From NCBI GenBank assembly GCA_001643675.2, contig LSRY02000052.1, positions 1 through 64,000 on the forward strand: a stretch of DNA of 64,000 nucleotides, given 5' to 3'. A program made the translations under genes and the position numbers. Below are positions 38,294 to 52,012 of the stretch, piece by piece. The notes under the pieces are model-generated. The model saw nothing but the letters and a program-made list of their open reading frames with translations. It ran no database searches and had not been told where the DNA came from. Positions within the stretch are counted from its first letter, which is position 1; the number at the start of each line of letters is the position of its first letter. This DNA comes from Monocercomonoides exilis PA203. Taxonomy: Eukaryota; Protista; Preaxostyla.

Positions 38294-40307
38294 AGAAAGA
38301 AAGAAAAATACCTTCTCTTTTAGCCGTCAGCTTGTCGTGCATCTTCTCAGCAGACTGGTCTCTCTGCTTTTGTGCCAGCCTCTCCTTCATCCGCTGCTGC
38401 ATCTGCTCTTTCTCTTTCCTTTCTCTCCCGTCCGCTGCTGCCCTTTCCCTCAGCCGGCTGATAAACTCCACTTTGCTCTGCATCTCTGCCTCCTTCTCTG
38501 CTTTCGTCGCCAGGATCGCATTCCTCCTCTCCTCCCTCTCTTTCTCTTCTCTCTCCTGCAGAAGCCGCAGCTTCTCCTTCAGCTCCGACAGCGACATCTC
38601 ATCCAGCAGCCCGTGCCCTGGCGTGGTTGTCGGGTCAAACAGCTTCACTCCTCCTTTTCCTTCGCTTCCTCCTCCTCCTTCTCCTCCCGCTGGCACACGC
38701 TCCAGCGCTCTTATCTGCATAATGATGTCTCTTCTCTTCTCTTCCTCGGCTGCTCGCTGCTCTGCCAGCTGCCGCTCTCGCTCGGCTCGCTCAGCTGCCA
38801 TCTTTTCAGCACTAAAAAAATTGGAAAAAGAAAGAAAAAAATTTTTTTCGATTTGAAAAATAAATAGAAAAGCTTCAACAACTTCTGGCAAACTTATCTT
38901 TTCTCTGCTCCAGCAGCAACTTCTTCGCAGCATCAACATTCATCTTCTCCTCCACTGCAATTTCTTCAGCACGCTTTCTGATGAGCTCTGCTTCTTCATC
39001 CTCCTTTTCCTGCTTTGCCAGCAGCAGCTCTGCCATCTCCCCAGCCAGCTCTGCCGCAGCCACTGACTTCTTCACCTGTGAAAGCATCTTCGCCTTCTGC
39101 GCCTCAGCCGCGCTGGCTGCGATCTCTTCCTTCGTCTGCTCAATCTGCACTGCCCTCTGCGCTTCCTCCTCTGCCTGCTGCTTGCTCCGCCACCGCTCAA
39201 ACTCCCGGCTGTCCCTCAAGTCTTGCTCGAATTGCTGCAAAATCCGCGCCTCTTCTTCCTGCTTTCGCCGAAGCGCTTTTTCTTCTCGAAGAACAGCCGC
39301 AACTGTCAGACGCACTGGCGCTGTTGGAGGGTATGTAGGCATGGGACGAGCAACTTTTTTGTTGAACTGAAGTTCCTTTTGCCGCTTTTTTTCCACTTCT
39401 TCTGCGACTCGTGATAAATTGGATGGACGACGATCAGTCGCGAGATCAAAGGGCTTCACCTCCAACGTAGATTCTTTGCTAGTCTTTTTTGTGCGCATGG
39501 TGTTGTCGGGTTTTGTGTAGTGGGATTCAGGCACCGGTGACGCAGTAAACGTTGTCTTGTAAGCTTTTGGAGGTTGAACAGCTCGAGGCTTAGGACTTGT
39601 TAAATTGAACGGTTGAACAACAGTAACTCTTGTTGAACGACCAGTTGCACCCATTCCTCGTTCAACTCCAGTTAGTCCGCTTGTTCCTGATACTTTTCCA
39701 GTAAGTTTTTCGATTAAATTCAAAATCTCTTGTTCATGCAGCTTCATCCTAACTTTTAAGTTTTCAACAAACTCTGGTTCATACAGTTTGCATAATTCTA
39801 TTTTAATATTATTCTCGAAATTGTCCCAGTTCCAAAGATATTGTAAAAGCGTGGCCATCTTTGCAGGACGTTGTGAATTCACAAACATTTTGAAATTTGA
39901 AAAACCAAGCTGGTCAATAGCCATTAAGGCAAGATATGTTACGACTGTATAAAGTGATGAATCTGATTTTAATGAGGTAGTGCTTGTTTCAAGAAAATTG
40001 GATACAATCACCTTCAAATAATAATTATGAATATTCCAAAGAAGACATAAAATTTAAAAATAAAAACGAGATGATTATATGTTCTAAGAATGCAAAAAAT
40101 TAATGTGTTACTGCATACATCAAGTAAACGCTTGTATCTTGTACATCCAGCTATAACTGATTGAATAAATTCATCATCGTCATCGTCGTCGATAGGATGT
40201 TGTTCATAATATTGTTCCGCATAAGCCTCAATTGTTTCAACAGATGGATCAAATCCTTTCAAAAGAAATACTACATAATCAAGTAATTCACCTGGTTTCA
40301 GGCTCAT
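37293..40307 (-). CDS. CFAP99: Cilia- and flagella-associated protein 99 homolog (multi-exon)
   Basis: Motifs QPFNLTSPKPR, VRLTVAAVLRE, LRDSREFERWR, IIMQIRALE and DPTTTPGHGLLDEMSLSELKEKL. Exons separated by AT-rich GT-AG introns. Confidence 0.75.
38219..38293 (+). repeat. (AG)n/(AGAGAT)n microsatellite within an intron
   Basis: Visible directly in the sequence. Confidence 0.9.
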
Positions 40308-40608
40308 ACTTAATGAAAAAGTTAAATAAAATTTTTGTAATGGGTAGTTTTCTTGAAAATGACGAAAAGTTTGATTTCTCCTTTTTAATTATGATTTATA
40401 TTAAAATAATATAAAAAACAACAACAAATCAACAATATTCTCTTTTAAAGTCTCAAAATATTCATTTGTTTAAAAATAATGAACGACAAATGTAAATCAT
40501 AGAACTCTAAACAAAAATTCTCAATTTCTCAAAAAATCAAAAATTATAAAACATGCAAATTAAGAAAATGGATTAACACTAAGTGACAGAGGTGGAAAAG
40601 AAAATTCT

Positions 40609-41245
40609 TTAATGATAATCTGAAGGTACAGAAGAGGAAGATGGCATTTCTGCTTTAACTGCAATTAGATCTGACCTATCAACCACGGGCTTTTCACAAG
40701 GAAATGCTTCTGTAGATACAGGAACACTATCTTGGGAAGTTTGAACCTTGAAAAGGATTTTTTAAAAAAAATATTGTTAGAAATTCTAAAAAGACTTGAT
40801 CAAAAGTAAATACCCCTCTTAAAGCATTAAATGAATCATAGCCAATCTTATCAAGGTCAAATTTTGCATAGACATTTAGAATGGAAGCGAGCTGCTCGGG
40901 TGTTTGCGCTTCCAAATCATACGTTTCGGAAAATAGCAAATCAAATGAATGTGTTGCAGTATCTCGAGGTACAAGATCGAGTACCTGCTCTGCTGGTATA
41001 AACCACTGGGTCGAAGATCCCTTAACATTTCGAACGCCATCAGCTGCGAATTGAATCTTTCTTTCTTGGTTTTTACCTTCACTGTTAGTTTTTATAACCT
41101 CAAATACCTCTGAATTTTGAAGTCCAACATCAGTACGGTTTTTTTTATTGAAAACGTTAAACATTTGATCAATATCGACCATAAATAAATTGAAGTTTTG
41201 CTCTTGCTCTACTTTTTTAAAATTTTCAAAAAAAATGACATTCAT
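40609..41245 (-). CDS. Small protein with a possible PH-like domain
   Basis: FEVIKTNSEGKNQERKIQF resembles the FxVxKxNxxGKxQxR strand pair of PH-like domains. The last exon ends ...VPSDYH-stop at 40609. Start uncertain. Confidence 0.45.
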
Positions 41246-41304
41246 ACTAAAAAAACACTCGGAAAAATGTATTTGCAAAATTAAACTTGAACAAATAATT
41301 TTTC

Positions 41305-44300
41305 TCAAAGATCTTTGCTCAACTCATTTCTTTTAGCTCGGATTCTCTGCCTTTCTGTTCGAGGATAAAATCCAAGTTTCTGATCAATTTGCTCAGTGAG
41401 AAATCCATAGAGAGATCTGCGTGAATGAGGCAATCGAATCGAATGTTGATCGTTGGGAAAGATGTTGAGTGCATAATTTGTAGCTTCTTCATCAACCAGT
41501 TTTCTGAGAATCTGCAAAGAATTAACGGGATGAACCTAGTTGAGTTAAAATCAAATGAAATAGCATTTCGATAAAATATTTTGAAAAAAAATAATAATAA
41601 TAATAGAATAAAACTAAAAATATTGTTTTGCTTCAAACATTATCATCAGATGTTCCATAGCAAAGTGTCCATTTCTTTCCTTTTGAGATTGCAGTGATTC
41701 GAGCTGGAGTAAGATTGCTGCTGTTGACATATGAAGACCTGTCCTTAGCATCATACTGCATAAATCGTTCTGTATACGGTGCATCGTAAAGAGACCTGAG
41801 AATAAAAAGATTCAAATATTTTTATAATAAATAAAAATGAATAGAAAAGGAATGATTTTCAAGTTGAATTTGATTTTTTCATCATCATCATCATCATCAA
41901 ATTAAAAAAAAGATCAAATCCAAAAAATACTTTTTTTTTTCTTTTATTCAAATAATCATTTCTTAACAAACCAGTCAGTCACAGGTGCCACCGCAATGCC
42001 GAATTTGAAAGGGGTGTCTTCAGACCTGCTGAGTGTTCTGATAGTCATGTACCCTCCAAACGACCAGCCGTAGATCATCAGGCGCTGCTCGTCCACAAAC
42101 GGATACATCCCTGGCAGTTTCTTCATCAGCTCTGTGTAAACAACCTCGTTCTCCACGCCAAGCGTCTTGAAGCACCTCGAACGGAACTTGATGCCCTGAG
42201 CCCCGCTGCCTGGCGCATCGATGCTGACGATGACCAGCCCCTTTGATGAGCACATGTACACATGCCAGTTGTCAAAGTCAAAGGCGTTGTTCACCATGTT
42301 GTGGTTGGGGCCTCCATATACATCTGTTGTTTTAAGGAAATGTTGAATTTTAAAAAAGTAAATAGATATGTGAATACATATAGAATGATAGAGTCATCAA
42401 ATCAAACAAAAAAAGATAAATGTTAAAAAAAATAAAAATAATATGCAAATACAATTAAGTTTTTCGTTTTTTCAAAAAAAAAATTTTTTTTTCTATATTA
42501 GCATCAACACATACATAACATCGTTGGGTACTTTTTCCTTTCATCCAAGTTCTGAGGCTTCATAATTCGCATCCTGTACTCCTCGTTATTGATCGTCACT
42601 GTCCTCATCTCAACCTGAGGATATGCCTTGCTGTTCAAAGTATCAATGAGCTCAGAATTGTCTTCCATCATTTGATATTTCTCCGGCTCGCTTGAGCTGC
42701 ACAGCGTATACACAGGCGGTGTGGCGTAGTTCTGATAGGAGTGCACAAAATACTCTCCAGTGTCTGAAAAGGAGGCCGTGTGTGTGCCAACCTTGTCAAA
42801 GAGATACTTCGGCACATCGTACTTTCCATTCACCTTGTTCAGCGACACCCAGAAAAGTGCTCTGTCGTTCGCACTCGGAGCAGCAGCAATGAAGAAGAGC
42901 TTCTGGTTTTTGCTGTCAAACCCAGAAATCTCAATCACATCATACGGGAAGTCCTCCTGCTTGATTACAATTTCGGCTGCTTTGTCTTCTGTGTTGTCCA
43001 GAGGGAATATGCCAATGGAGCACCCGGTCTTGTCATCGGGCTCTTTCCACGAGTCCCACAAATCCACGATGCTTTTCAGGCTGTCCACATAAATTGGTGA
43101 TGTGCTTGGTGTCAGCCAAGTGCCCTGAACAGCTGTGTGCTTGCATATCCTCTTCTCCTTCACTTCCTCTTTCCCCACTTCAATCCCATAAAACACTCGC
43201 TCCGTCTGGTACCTGTTATAAACGGTGTATACAAACGTCTTGTCCGCCCACAGGCACTTGCCCAAATAGGCTTCGTTGTCATTGAATTCATACTTGTGCA
43301 ACAATGTCTCACCTTTCACATCGTATACAGACACGCTCACCTTACTGATCGGCTGGCCAGGAGAAGGATAGCGGAACTTCCACTGCACATCAAGTTTATT
43401 GTCTGATGGCGCTGCATCTGTCACAGGAAGCTCGATCTTTTTGTTCGAAAATGATGAGTGGATAATTTGCGTGTGCATCGCAGGAGCTTTCAAGGGATAG
43501 TTATAAGATGACTCTTTGTTAGCCTTCTTTTTTTCATTGAAGTCTGGATAATTGCTTGTGTCAAGATCGTCATAATGAGGAATAGAAACGATTGGTACAT
43601 CTTTCTGATTGAAGGTTGCAAAGGCAACGTATTGACCATTTTCATCCCACCACAAATATCTATCTCCTTCCATAATCTCTTCTTCATGTCCCCAATCTGC
43701 AATGCCGTTTAAAATATCTGCGTCCACTGGTGAATCTCCTTTGAATGGTTCTCCATTTGCTTTGGTTGAATCAGTAATTCTAATGTCCTTTTCTACTTCT
43801 AATTTGTTTTTATCATTTCGTTTGAACACCATTGCATAAACATCGTTCTTTTTCACGTATGCGACTTTGCATTCGTCTTTATTGCAATTTGGCGCAAATG
43901 TTGCCATTTGAAGCTGTGTTTTATCATTATCCGTTCTCACTTCAACAACTTCTTTGTTATCCAAATCATAAATAATGTAATCGCCAAACGAAGAATGACG
44001 ATAAATTGGTTTTACATTAATTGCAAATAAAATTAATTTTCCATCTTCACTAATTTCAACATTATCAAAAGAATATGGTTTATCATCCTTATTGTGCCTT
44101 TCTGCAACATCTTTACCGGTACAAATCAGTGCAGAATTATTGTTCGTTGCATCAACGCTATAAAGAGGCATTTCTTCCTTTGTCGTATCAACGTATATGA
44201 ATTTGTTATTTTTCTTTAACCATTGTGCAGATACGCCTTTTGGATGTAAAGAAAAAATATCATCAAACGAAAAAGCATTTTTGTTTTCGGGTTCTTTCAC

Positions 44301-44508
44301 ATAAGATGTTACTATCCAAAAAATAATTTTAAAACATCAAAACTAAAAAAAAAATACTAACAAAATAAATAAATAGCACACAAAGGATGACAATCAGCGC
44401 ATATACAACTGAAACAGACGCAGCGCATATTACAAAAAATATATCAGAACTGCATAAACGACCTATGCAACTCTGAGAATGATGAGAAAGCTTGTGATGA
44501 TCTTTCAT
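41305..44508 (-). CDS. DPP4: Dipeptidyl peptidase IV family (S9B) type II membrane peptidase
   Basis: N-terminal TM anchor, YRHS, NGIADWGHEEEI and YPSPG. Catalytic GWSFGG (Ser), GTSDDN|VHP (Asp) and FPNDQHSI (His) lie across spliced exons. Confidence 0.92.
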
Positions 44509-44732
44509 TTTTGCCCATACATTGAACTTAATTTCCACTTTTTTATCAAAATGTTGTGCAATTCAACAATAACTTCCGAATATTAATTAAAACAGCTTAT
44601 TTAAAAGAAGAAAAACATCATTGGATCAATAACAGACAAAGAGCAATTTAATTGAAGAGAAGACTTTAAATGTTGAAATTGCTTTCACAATTCACAATCG
44701 ATGTGTTTAGAAAAAAATGAAAGTTAAATTGA

Positions 44733-45373
44733 TTAAGCGTCTGGAACAGCAATAGTTCCATCATCAATTCTTGGGAAAAGATCCTTTGGAGATTGCCCAT
44801 CAACTGAGCATCCAACGCTGACGCATGAGCCAAGAATCTCCTTAACTGTGCCTTTTAAAGTGCAAGCAAGAGATCTGTCGCGAACAGTACGTGCAATTTT
44901 TATGACCTGATCCATAGTGATTGAGCCACTGTGTTTAACTTTAAAAAATAATGTTATTTTTGAGAAAAGGCATAAAAATGTCTCATAAATTGCAAAATTT
45001 CATGAAATATCCAACGTACTGTTTTTAACTTTCTTTCTGTCTCTTGGTGGTTCGTTCAAAGCTTGGATAATCATTGAAGGAACTGATGGAACAACAAAAA
45101 CTTCTGCTTGTCTGTTCTTTACTACAAGCTTAACGGTCACACGAAGTCCTTTCCATCCCATTGTAGCTTTTGCTATATCTTCTCCTGTTTTTTTTGGATT
45201 CTATATTTGCATATTCAATCGCATTATGAAAAATATAATAATATTCTTATCAAAAATCAAACCAATCCAAGAGGACCAATCTTTGGTGCAAGTGTTGAAG
45301 CTGCACCAACTTCACCTCCAACTGCACGAATGAATACAATCTTCTCTTCATTAGGATCAATCTTTGGCGGCAT
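44733..45373 (-). CDS. RPL12: 60S ribosomal protein L12 (uL11), 3 exons
   Basis: [37 protein letters not shown]...[15 protein letters not shown]. Confidence 0.96.
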
Positions 45374-45491
45374 TTCAATAGAATTTCACGATCATAATAA
45401 TCCTGCGATGACTTAATAATAAGATCGCTCCCTTTTTAAATTAATATAATATTTCCGCAGTTTCCTCCAGCGAAAGTGAAAATCGCTAAAA
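45374..45491. promoter_or_regulatory. 118-bp bidirectional promoter region shared by RPL12 and RPL9
   Basis: Head-to-head ATGs at 45373 (-) and 45492 (+). Confidence 0.6.
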
Positions 45492-46276
45492 ATGAAGACA
45501 ATTCATCAAGTTGAAACGATATCAGTTCCACGCGGAGGTTCTATAATACTTTTTTCATATTTTCCACTGAAGTATTTGTTTCAATTTTTGATATTTCATC
45601 GTTTAGTGAAAGTTGAAGTACATTGCAGACAGGTTCGTGTGACTGGACCTCGTGGTGTTATCAAGAAGTCTTTTTCACATATCCCAGTTGATTTAACACG
45701 TAAAGGAAGAAAAGTCACAATTGCATACTGGAGCGGTAACAGAAGACAATGCGCTCTTGTTCGCACTGTTTACACAAAGATCAACAACATGATTCAAGGT
45801 GTTACAAAGGTGTGAATACTTTTTCTAGATTTATCTCTTTCTTTAAAAAAATGTATTTATTTTTAGGGATTCCAATATAAGATGCGTGCTGCATATGCCC
45901 ATTTCCCAATTATGATGGTTGTTTCTGATGATAAGAAAACTGTCGAAGTGAGAAACTTTTTGGGAGAGAAGCGTGCTCGCATCATCAATCTCCCCGAAGG
46001 TGTCACAGCTTACAGGTCAACTGGAGTGAAAGATGAAATTGTTCTTGAAGGAATCGACAATGAGTTGGTCGGAATGTCAGGTTTGTTATGATTGATTGAT
46101 TTGCAAATCTCAATTTATTTTTTTTTTTTTAATATTTATATTTTTATTTTTGTTGTATAAAATGCTTTGAACTTGCAGCCGCTCAAATTCATCAAAGCAT
46201 TCTTGTGAAAAACAAGGATATTCGTTTCTTCTTGGACGGTATCTACGTTAGCGAGAAGAATTCCATCTCCGAGTAA
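45492..46276 (+). CDS. RPL9: 60S ribosomal protein L9 (uL6), 4 exons
   Basis: [25 protein letters not shown] and [17 protein letters not shown]. Confidence 0.96.
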
Positions 46277-46563
46277 ATATTTTCAATTCTTTTCAATTCA
46301 ATTCGTTTCAACAAGAATTAATCAACGATTGAAATTAATTAAAATTATTTTGTAAATAAATATTCTCTTTGTATATTTTTTTCAAAAAAAAAATATTTTA
46401 TTTTTAAAGTCAAATTAGTAAAATTTGCGAAATCAATACAATAAATATAGTTATTAGTCAATATTAAATGAATGAAATTTTTCATTTTTGAATTGATAAT
46501 TTTTTTTAATTATATAATCATTAAAGCAATAAAATATTTAATTTTTTTTCTATTATTAAACAA

Positions 46564-46578
46564 CGTGGTCAGACCACG
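46564..46578 (-). other. Hairpin ~40 nt downstream of the H4 stop (candidate histone 3' stem-loop)
   Basis: Minus strand CGTGGT-CTG-ACCACG, a GC-rich palindrome in an AT-rich UTR. Confidence 0.45.
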
Positions 46579-46617
46579 GGGAAAAAGAACTTAAATATGA
46601 AATGAAGAAAACTTTGT

Positions 46618-46935
46618 TTATGCTCCAAAGCCATAAAGTGTTCTTCCTTGGCGTTTAAGAGAGTAGACAATATCCATGGCGGTAACTGTCTTCCTTCTAG
46701 CATGTTCTGTGTATGTCACAGCATCACGAATAATTCCTTCAAGGAACATTTTCAAGATGATTCTTGTTTCATCATAGATAAGGTTGGAGATTCTTTTCAC
46801 TCCTCCTCTGCGGGCAAGACGACGGATGGCTGGTTTTGTAATTCCTTGGATGTTATCGCGAAGCTTGCGATATCCCTTTGCTCCAGTTTTTCCGATACCT
46901 TTTCCTCCTTTTCCACCTTTTCCACGTCCAGACAT
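46618..46935 (-). CDS. H4: Histone H4 (intronless, divergent N-tail)
   Basis: [24 protein letters not shown]...[15 protein letters not shown]...GRTLYGFG. Confidence 0.98.
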   Translation of the reverse strand: MSGRGKGGKGGKGIGKTGAKGYRKLRDNIQGITKPAIRRLARRGGVKRISNLIYDETRIILKMFLEGIIRDAVTYTEHARRKTVTAMDIVYSLKRQGRTLYGFGA

Positions 46936-48303
46936 AGTTTATATATTAATGTTTATAGTTTAAAATAATTTTCACCACATCTTCATTTTTTATTTATACT
47001 CTAATTTTTTAGCCCATAAACATGAAATTGGACAATTCCCAAATTTTTATTTATGAAATAATAAATTAAGAAAATAAATGAATCGAAAACAACTGCTCGG
47101 AAAAAAAAGATTTATATTTTCGTTATTGCATTTATCATAAAAGGCAGTATGATAATAAATTCTTGGAGTTTGATATTCGACCAAATGGAAAACTTCATTA
47201 TGCAAATAATTCTCATTACAAAGTGGAAGAAATGATCAGAAAAGAAGGTTTGATGAACTGATTTTATCATCTTATGTTAACTGACGCTTCTGTTCGTTAA
47301 ATATGAATAAACTAATGAATGTTTATGTGTTACTTTCAAAGTCTATTTAAGTCCTTGTACTGTTGCAGAATTACAGAGGATGATTAATGATACGGATATT
47401 ATGAGGTTAAATGATGTTTGTTGTTTTCTAAGGATTATTAATGATGCACCATTTTGTATTTTCTCTTTTGTTTTCCAATTTAGAGATAAACAAAGAATTA
47501 CTTGAAATCTACAAAGAATTTAATAAAATACAGAAATTGTTAATAAAAATTTAAATGGTTCTTTTGTAGTTTGCATGGGTTTCTTGATAATTGCCAATTT
47601 TGTTAATTTTTGAATTCTTTCTTACACATGCAGTCTTTAAAATCACACAAATATTTAGGATTGAAGAGATCCAATGGATTAAGAACATTTTATAAACTTA
47701 TTCAGGACTTAAATAAATTTTTTATTTTCATTAATTGGACTTCTCTTTGAATTTTGCCTTTTGTTTTCCATTTTATAAACTACTGTTTTTTTCCTTTTTT
47801 TTTTCCTGGTTTTTGTCTTGGGGCACATTGATAAAAAATCAACGAGTATTTTTTAAGGAATGCATATTGATTGAGAAAAAAGAATGAAAGAAATTTTAAC
47901 AGCAATATATTTTATTTAGCTCTCAATTTTCAATCATTGAAACGCTTTCTTTTTTTTTTTATAGTTAAGATAATTATCCTTCACAAATCTCAATTTGTTG
48001 AATTTTCAATTTTTCTGCTTTTCATGAGCAAACATTACCTTCTCAATTAATACGTTCACTACTCTGGTATTATTTTTGAAGTCATGAATTTTTTTGTTTT
48101 GTTGAACAATTTTTTGTTCTCTTTAATTACAGTTTTCATTTTCATTTTTTCGGTTAAACCACTGAAGTTATTTAAAAAGCCTATAAATGAATGCTAAGAG
48201 AAATCATGAACATTCATAATATTGTTTTCATTTTTGTGTTAAAGTTAGTGAACCAATTCAAATTTTTTTAAAAGAAAAGTTTCAAAAGGAAATTACTCTT
48301 TCA

Positions 48304-48347
<44 letters not shown>

Positions 48348-48729
48348 AAATAACGAACTACATTGACTGATGTGATAGAAACTTTATCAATTCATCACTC
48401 GGATTTTGTCTCTTTTTATTGAGTTTAAATGATTTGTCTAAATTATTCTTATTTCTGGAAACACATTAAAATTTAATTTTTTATTCCTGATTTGAAAAAA
48501 CACACGTTTTGATCCAGATTTATTCTGGTTAACAATCCCAACATGTGCAATAAATTGATGAAAAATAAAATCGATATATTTTTTTATTACGGAAAGATTC
48601 TTAGCAGTTATGTGGAAAGTGGAGTGTGACAATGCATCATAATTAAAAATATAAATTTTCAATTATTCGGGTTCTTATTTTCAAAAAGTTGAAGACGTTT
48701 ACCGTTTTTGCTGAATAAAGCTGAACATT

Positions 48730-49400
48730 TTGGTGATTATTTTTGAAATCATATTCTTTCAATCAAATATTTTCGTTTTCGAATTCATTTTGAATATCAA
48801 CAAAAAAAACACTGAAAAATGAAAAGACTCACAAATAACATCATCATTTTCATTTCAATGTAAACATTTGTTCATGAAACAGTTGTGATAATTATAGCAT
48901 TTGAATTTAAAACCTTTTCCCAATGTCAAATAACCTTGGAGAAATCAATACCCCGAAAAAAGTGATGATTTCAAAAATTTTCGCGCATATGGTTATTCTG
49001 AATGACAGAAAGAAAATACGATGATAATAAAAAAGAATGTTCAATTGTTTGTGCGAAAAGTTATTTAAATAGAAACACTATGCTAGGTTCAACGATTGAC
49101 ACAAATAAACAGAATGTTTAAATCTGTTTATTATCTTCAGGTTATGAACATCTCACTGTGATCCATAAAAATTGTTGACAATTTTGTCGATCCATTAGTA
49201 GCATTTGAACAATGTTGAAAAAACGGACTTTGTCAAGTTTACAAAAATCTCCTGAAAGAAATGGAATTTTTGAGAAATGAAGGAAAATACGGACTTTCAA
49301 GCTTTTTTTGCACAAGGCATTGAAAAATTGATTCGCTCATAACTTTAATTTCGCTTTCTCAGATTTTAAAAATAAATCTGATTTTCATATCTGCAAACAG
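48730..49400. repeat. Old dispersed-repeat cluster
   Basis: Segments homologous to 721-860, 22025-22050/22670-22700 and (inverted) 23242-23361. Confidence 0.55.
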
Positions 49401-49468
49401 GCTTCGTTGAAATAATAATATGAAGTGTTGTGACATTCCGCGAATGTCAAAATGTGAACACATATTTA

Positions 49469-49864
49469 CAGATATCGCATAAAATACCGGACATCGCACA
49501 AAATACCGGACAAGATCGATATTTCAATAACTGTAAGAGAAATAATTCTGACAATTTTCCTCAAAACACACCTCATCAATACAAACTCATTTGATATACA
49601 AAACTTTCAAAGCAGCTTCATTTGTGCTCAGAAAAAATAATAATTAAAATTTAGGAGAAATAGGATTTTGTGTTTCTCCGAGATAAAAATAAAATTTTTC
49701 TCCATGCATAAACGAGGAAGTTTTGAAAGTCTTGAATGTCACATGAGTTTGTATTGATGAGATATATTTTGAGGAAAATTGTCAGAATTATTCCTCTTGC
49801 AGTTTTTATGAAATTGATCTTGTCCGGTATTTTGTGCGATGTCCGGTATTTTATGCGATATCTG
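49469..49864. mobile_element. Tc1/mariner-type MITE (TA TSD, CAG termini, ~140-bp TIRs)
   Basis: TA|CAGATATCGCATAAAATACCGGACATCGCACAAAATACCGGACA...TGTCCGGTATTTTATGCGATATCTG|TA. Each TIR has a tandem 19-bp motif. Confidence 0.88.
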
Positions 49865-50383
49865 TATTATGTTTTTTGATCTCAAAAAGTCAATGAAAAG
49901 TGCATAATTTTTCAATGAAAATGCCAAAAGCAAAATAATTTGCCCCACCTTTTGGGATCTAATTATCGTTATTTTGAATAAATGATATTTTTGTTTAACT
50001 TCAAGCCAGGAGTTAGCAGTTACCAAAATCATTATAAAACTAATAATTTAAATATAAAGAACACAAATTAGATGAATTTAGGTAATGTTGTTTTGTTTCC
50101 TTTAACTGTGTGGAATAAACTTGTAAAATGAACAAAATTTTCGTTTTTATTGTTGATTAAACTTTGATCTTATCATAATTTTTTAATATTCAAAATAAAA
50201 ATGGAGAGAATTAATAAAACATGTTGTAAAGAGCTTAGCACAAGTTAAATATCATAAAAATTATTTATTTGTATTTCATTGAATTGTAACTTTAATGATT
50301 CGACGATCTACCAAGTTTGATTGAGGTTCGTGATAAATCAATTAACTTTTATTGCATATTGCAAAATACTGAATCAAAAATAA

Positions 50384-50768
50384 ATGACAAAGGAAAAAAT
50401 TCCTAAAATTCGACCAAAGATATCTTTGGATTTATTAAAGGAGATGGCTTCTCAAGTTAGAACAGGAGGAAAAGGCTCTATGAGGCGAAAAACAAAGATT
50501 GCACATCACACTTCATTTGATGATAGGAGAAAAATAGAGACTTTTATTCAAGCAAATCAATGCCACGAACTCCCTTCTGTGGATGAAATACAACTTTTTT
50601 TGAAAGATTCAAGTTCATTTCAATTTATAAAACCAAAAGGTACAATTATCCATCATTATAATTTTTAATAACAAATAATCTTGTACATATTTAGTTTTTG
50701 CAAATATAGGATCTAATTTAACTGTGATTCAAGGAAAACATGGTTACAGAAACGAACAATTGGCGTGA
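50384..50768 (+). CDS. BTF3: Nascent polypeptide-associated complex beta subunit (BTF3/EGD1-like), 2 exons
   Basis: QVRTGGKGSMRRK and a NAC domain, ...FIKPK|VFANIGSNLTVIQGK, with an intron at about 50640-50694. Confidence 0.85.
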
Positions 50769-52012
50769 AAAGATTTGTAAAAAGGATTTTTCAAAAGAAC
50801 TTTCATTGAACAAATCATAAAGGTTCAATATAACTTGTTAGTTTTTTTTTGAAAAACGAAAATAATAAGATTTTTGTTTAAAATGAAAGGAATTACACAA
50901 ATGAAAACGAGTTTTGCATTTTTCCTTTTATTATCACAAATAAATATGCAAAATTTTGAAAGCCTAACAAAAATGATTTACACAATGACTTATTTCATTG
51001 AAATTATTTCATTCGTATCCCGAAGAAATCGATGCAATTGAAAATCACTGAACTTAAATTAACAATATTCAAGCATTACAAAGCCATCCGAATAATCACT
51101 TCAATAAATCAGCATTTTATAAACAGTTATTGCAAATGTTGTGTTTATTTGAAAATGAAAAATTCATTGCTCCTGATTTTTCATCTAGAGCAGGATTTGT
51201 TACAAACGATAAGCTGTGAAGTGGGGAAATGAAAGAAATATGACGCGCAATTGAAAACAGTTACAAAGCAAATCCATAAACAGTCACATATGCTTGTATT
51301 GTTTCATTACTCCACGGCTCCATCAAAAAATCTTTTAAAAATTACAAATAAAAAACAAGAATAAAGAGTATTTGAAATAAAAAAATGAATAAGAATAAAT
51401 TCTTCTCAAAATAGATCAATTGAATATTTCACAAACTGTCAGTAGTTTTGTCCCAAAGACACATTGAAGATGAAACCACTCCAGCGCCAACGTTCTGAAT
51501 TATTATACAAGAAACTATTTGTAAAATGAACAACAAACAACAAAATTGAAATCGAAAAAAATAACATGTACAACCAGAGTACTTGTATTGATGCTTGAGC
51601 ATTGAAAGTTTTTTCAAAATGCCTTCAAGAATTGAATTTGTCCAAAAATCAAGTCTAAAATGTTCAAAAAAACACATGTATCATGAAATGGTTCAATATC
51701 ATATAAAATATTATTCTTTAAAATTGTTTTTACAAGGCAATCAAGCATGCCTTGAATTCTGGAATTCAGTAGAGGGTTGCAAGATTGAGTTATAAGTTTC
51801 TCTTGCAATTTCTAATATCATGAATTGGTAAGTTTACAAAATTGATGCTTAATATATGAATGCAATACCTCGAATTTCTTCAGCAGGAAACGGATGGCCA
51901 AGGTCAAGCTCCATTATTCAAGCAGTTGGACACAAATTTATATCATGGGTAATGAACCCATACAAATAAGATTTAATTAATATTTATCTGAATTTTTTAT
52001 GAATAAGAAGAT

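Noticed and set aside
48305-48342. Long poly-A run as a retroelement tail
   Set aside because: No upstream retroelement body or TSD is visible, and similar homopolymers occur elsewhere (568-588, 62176-62199).
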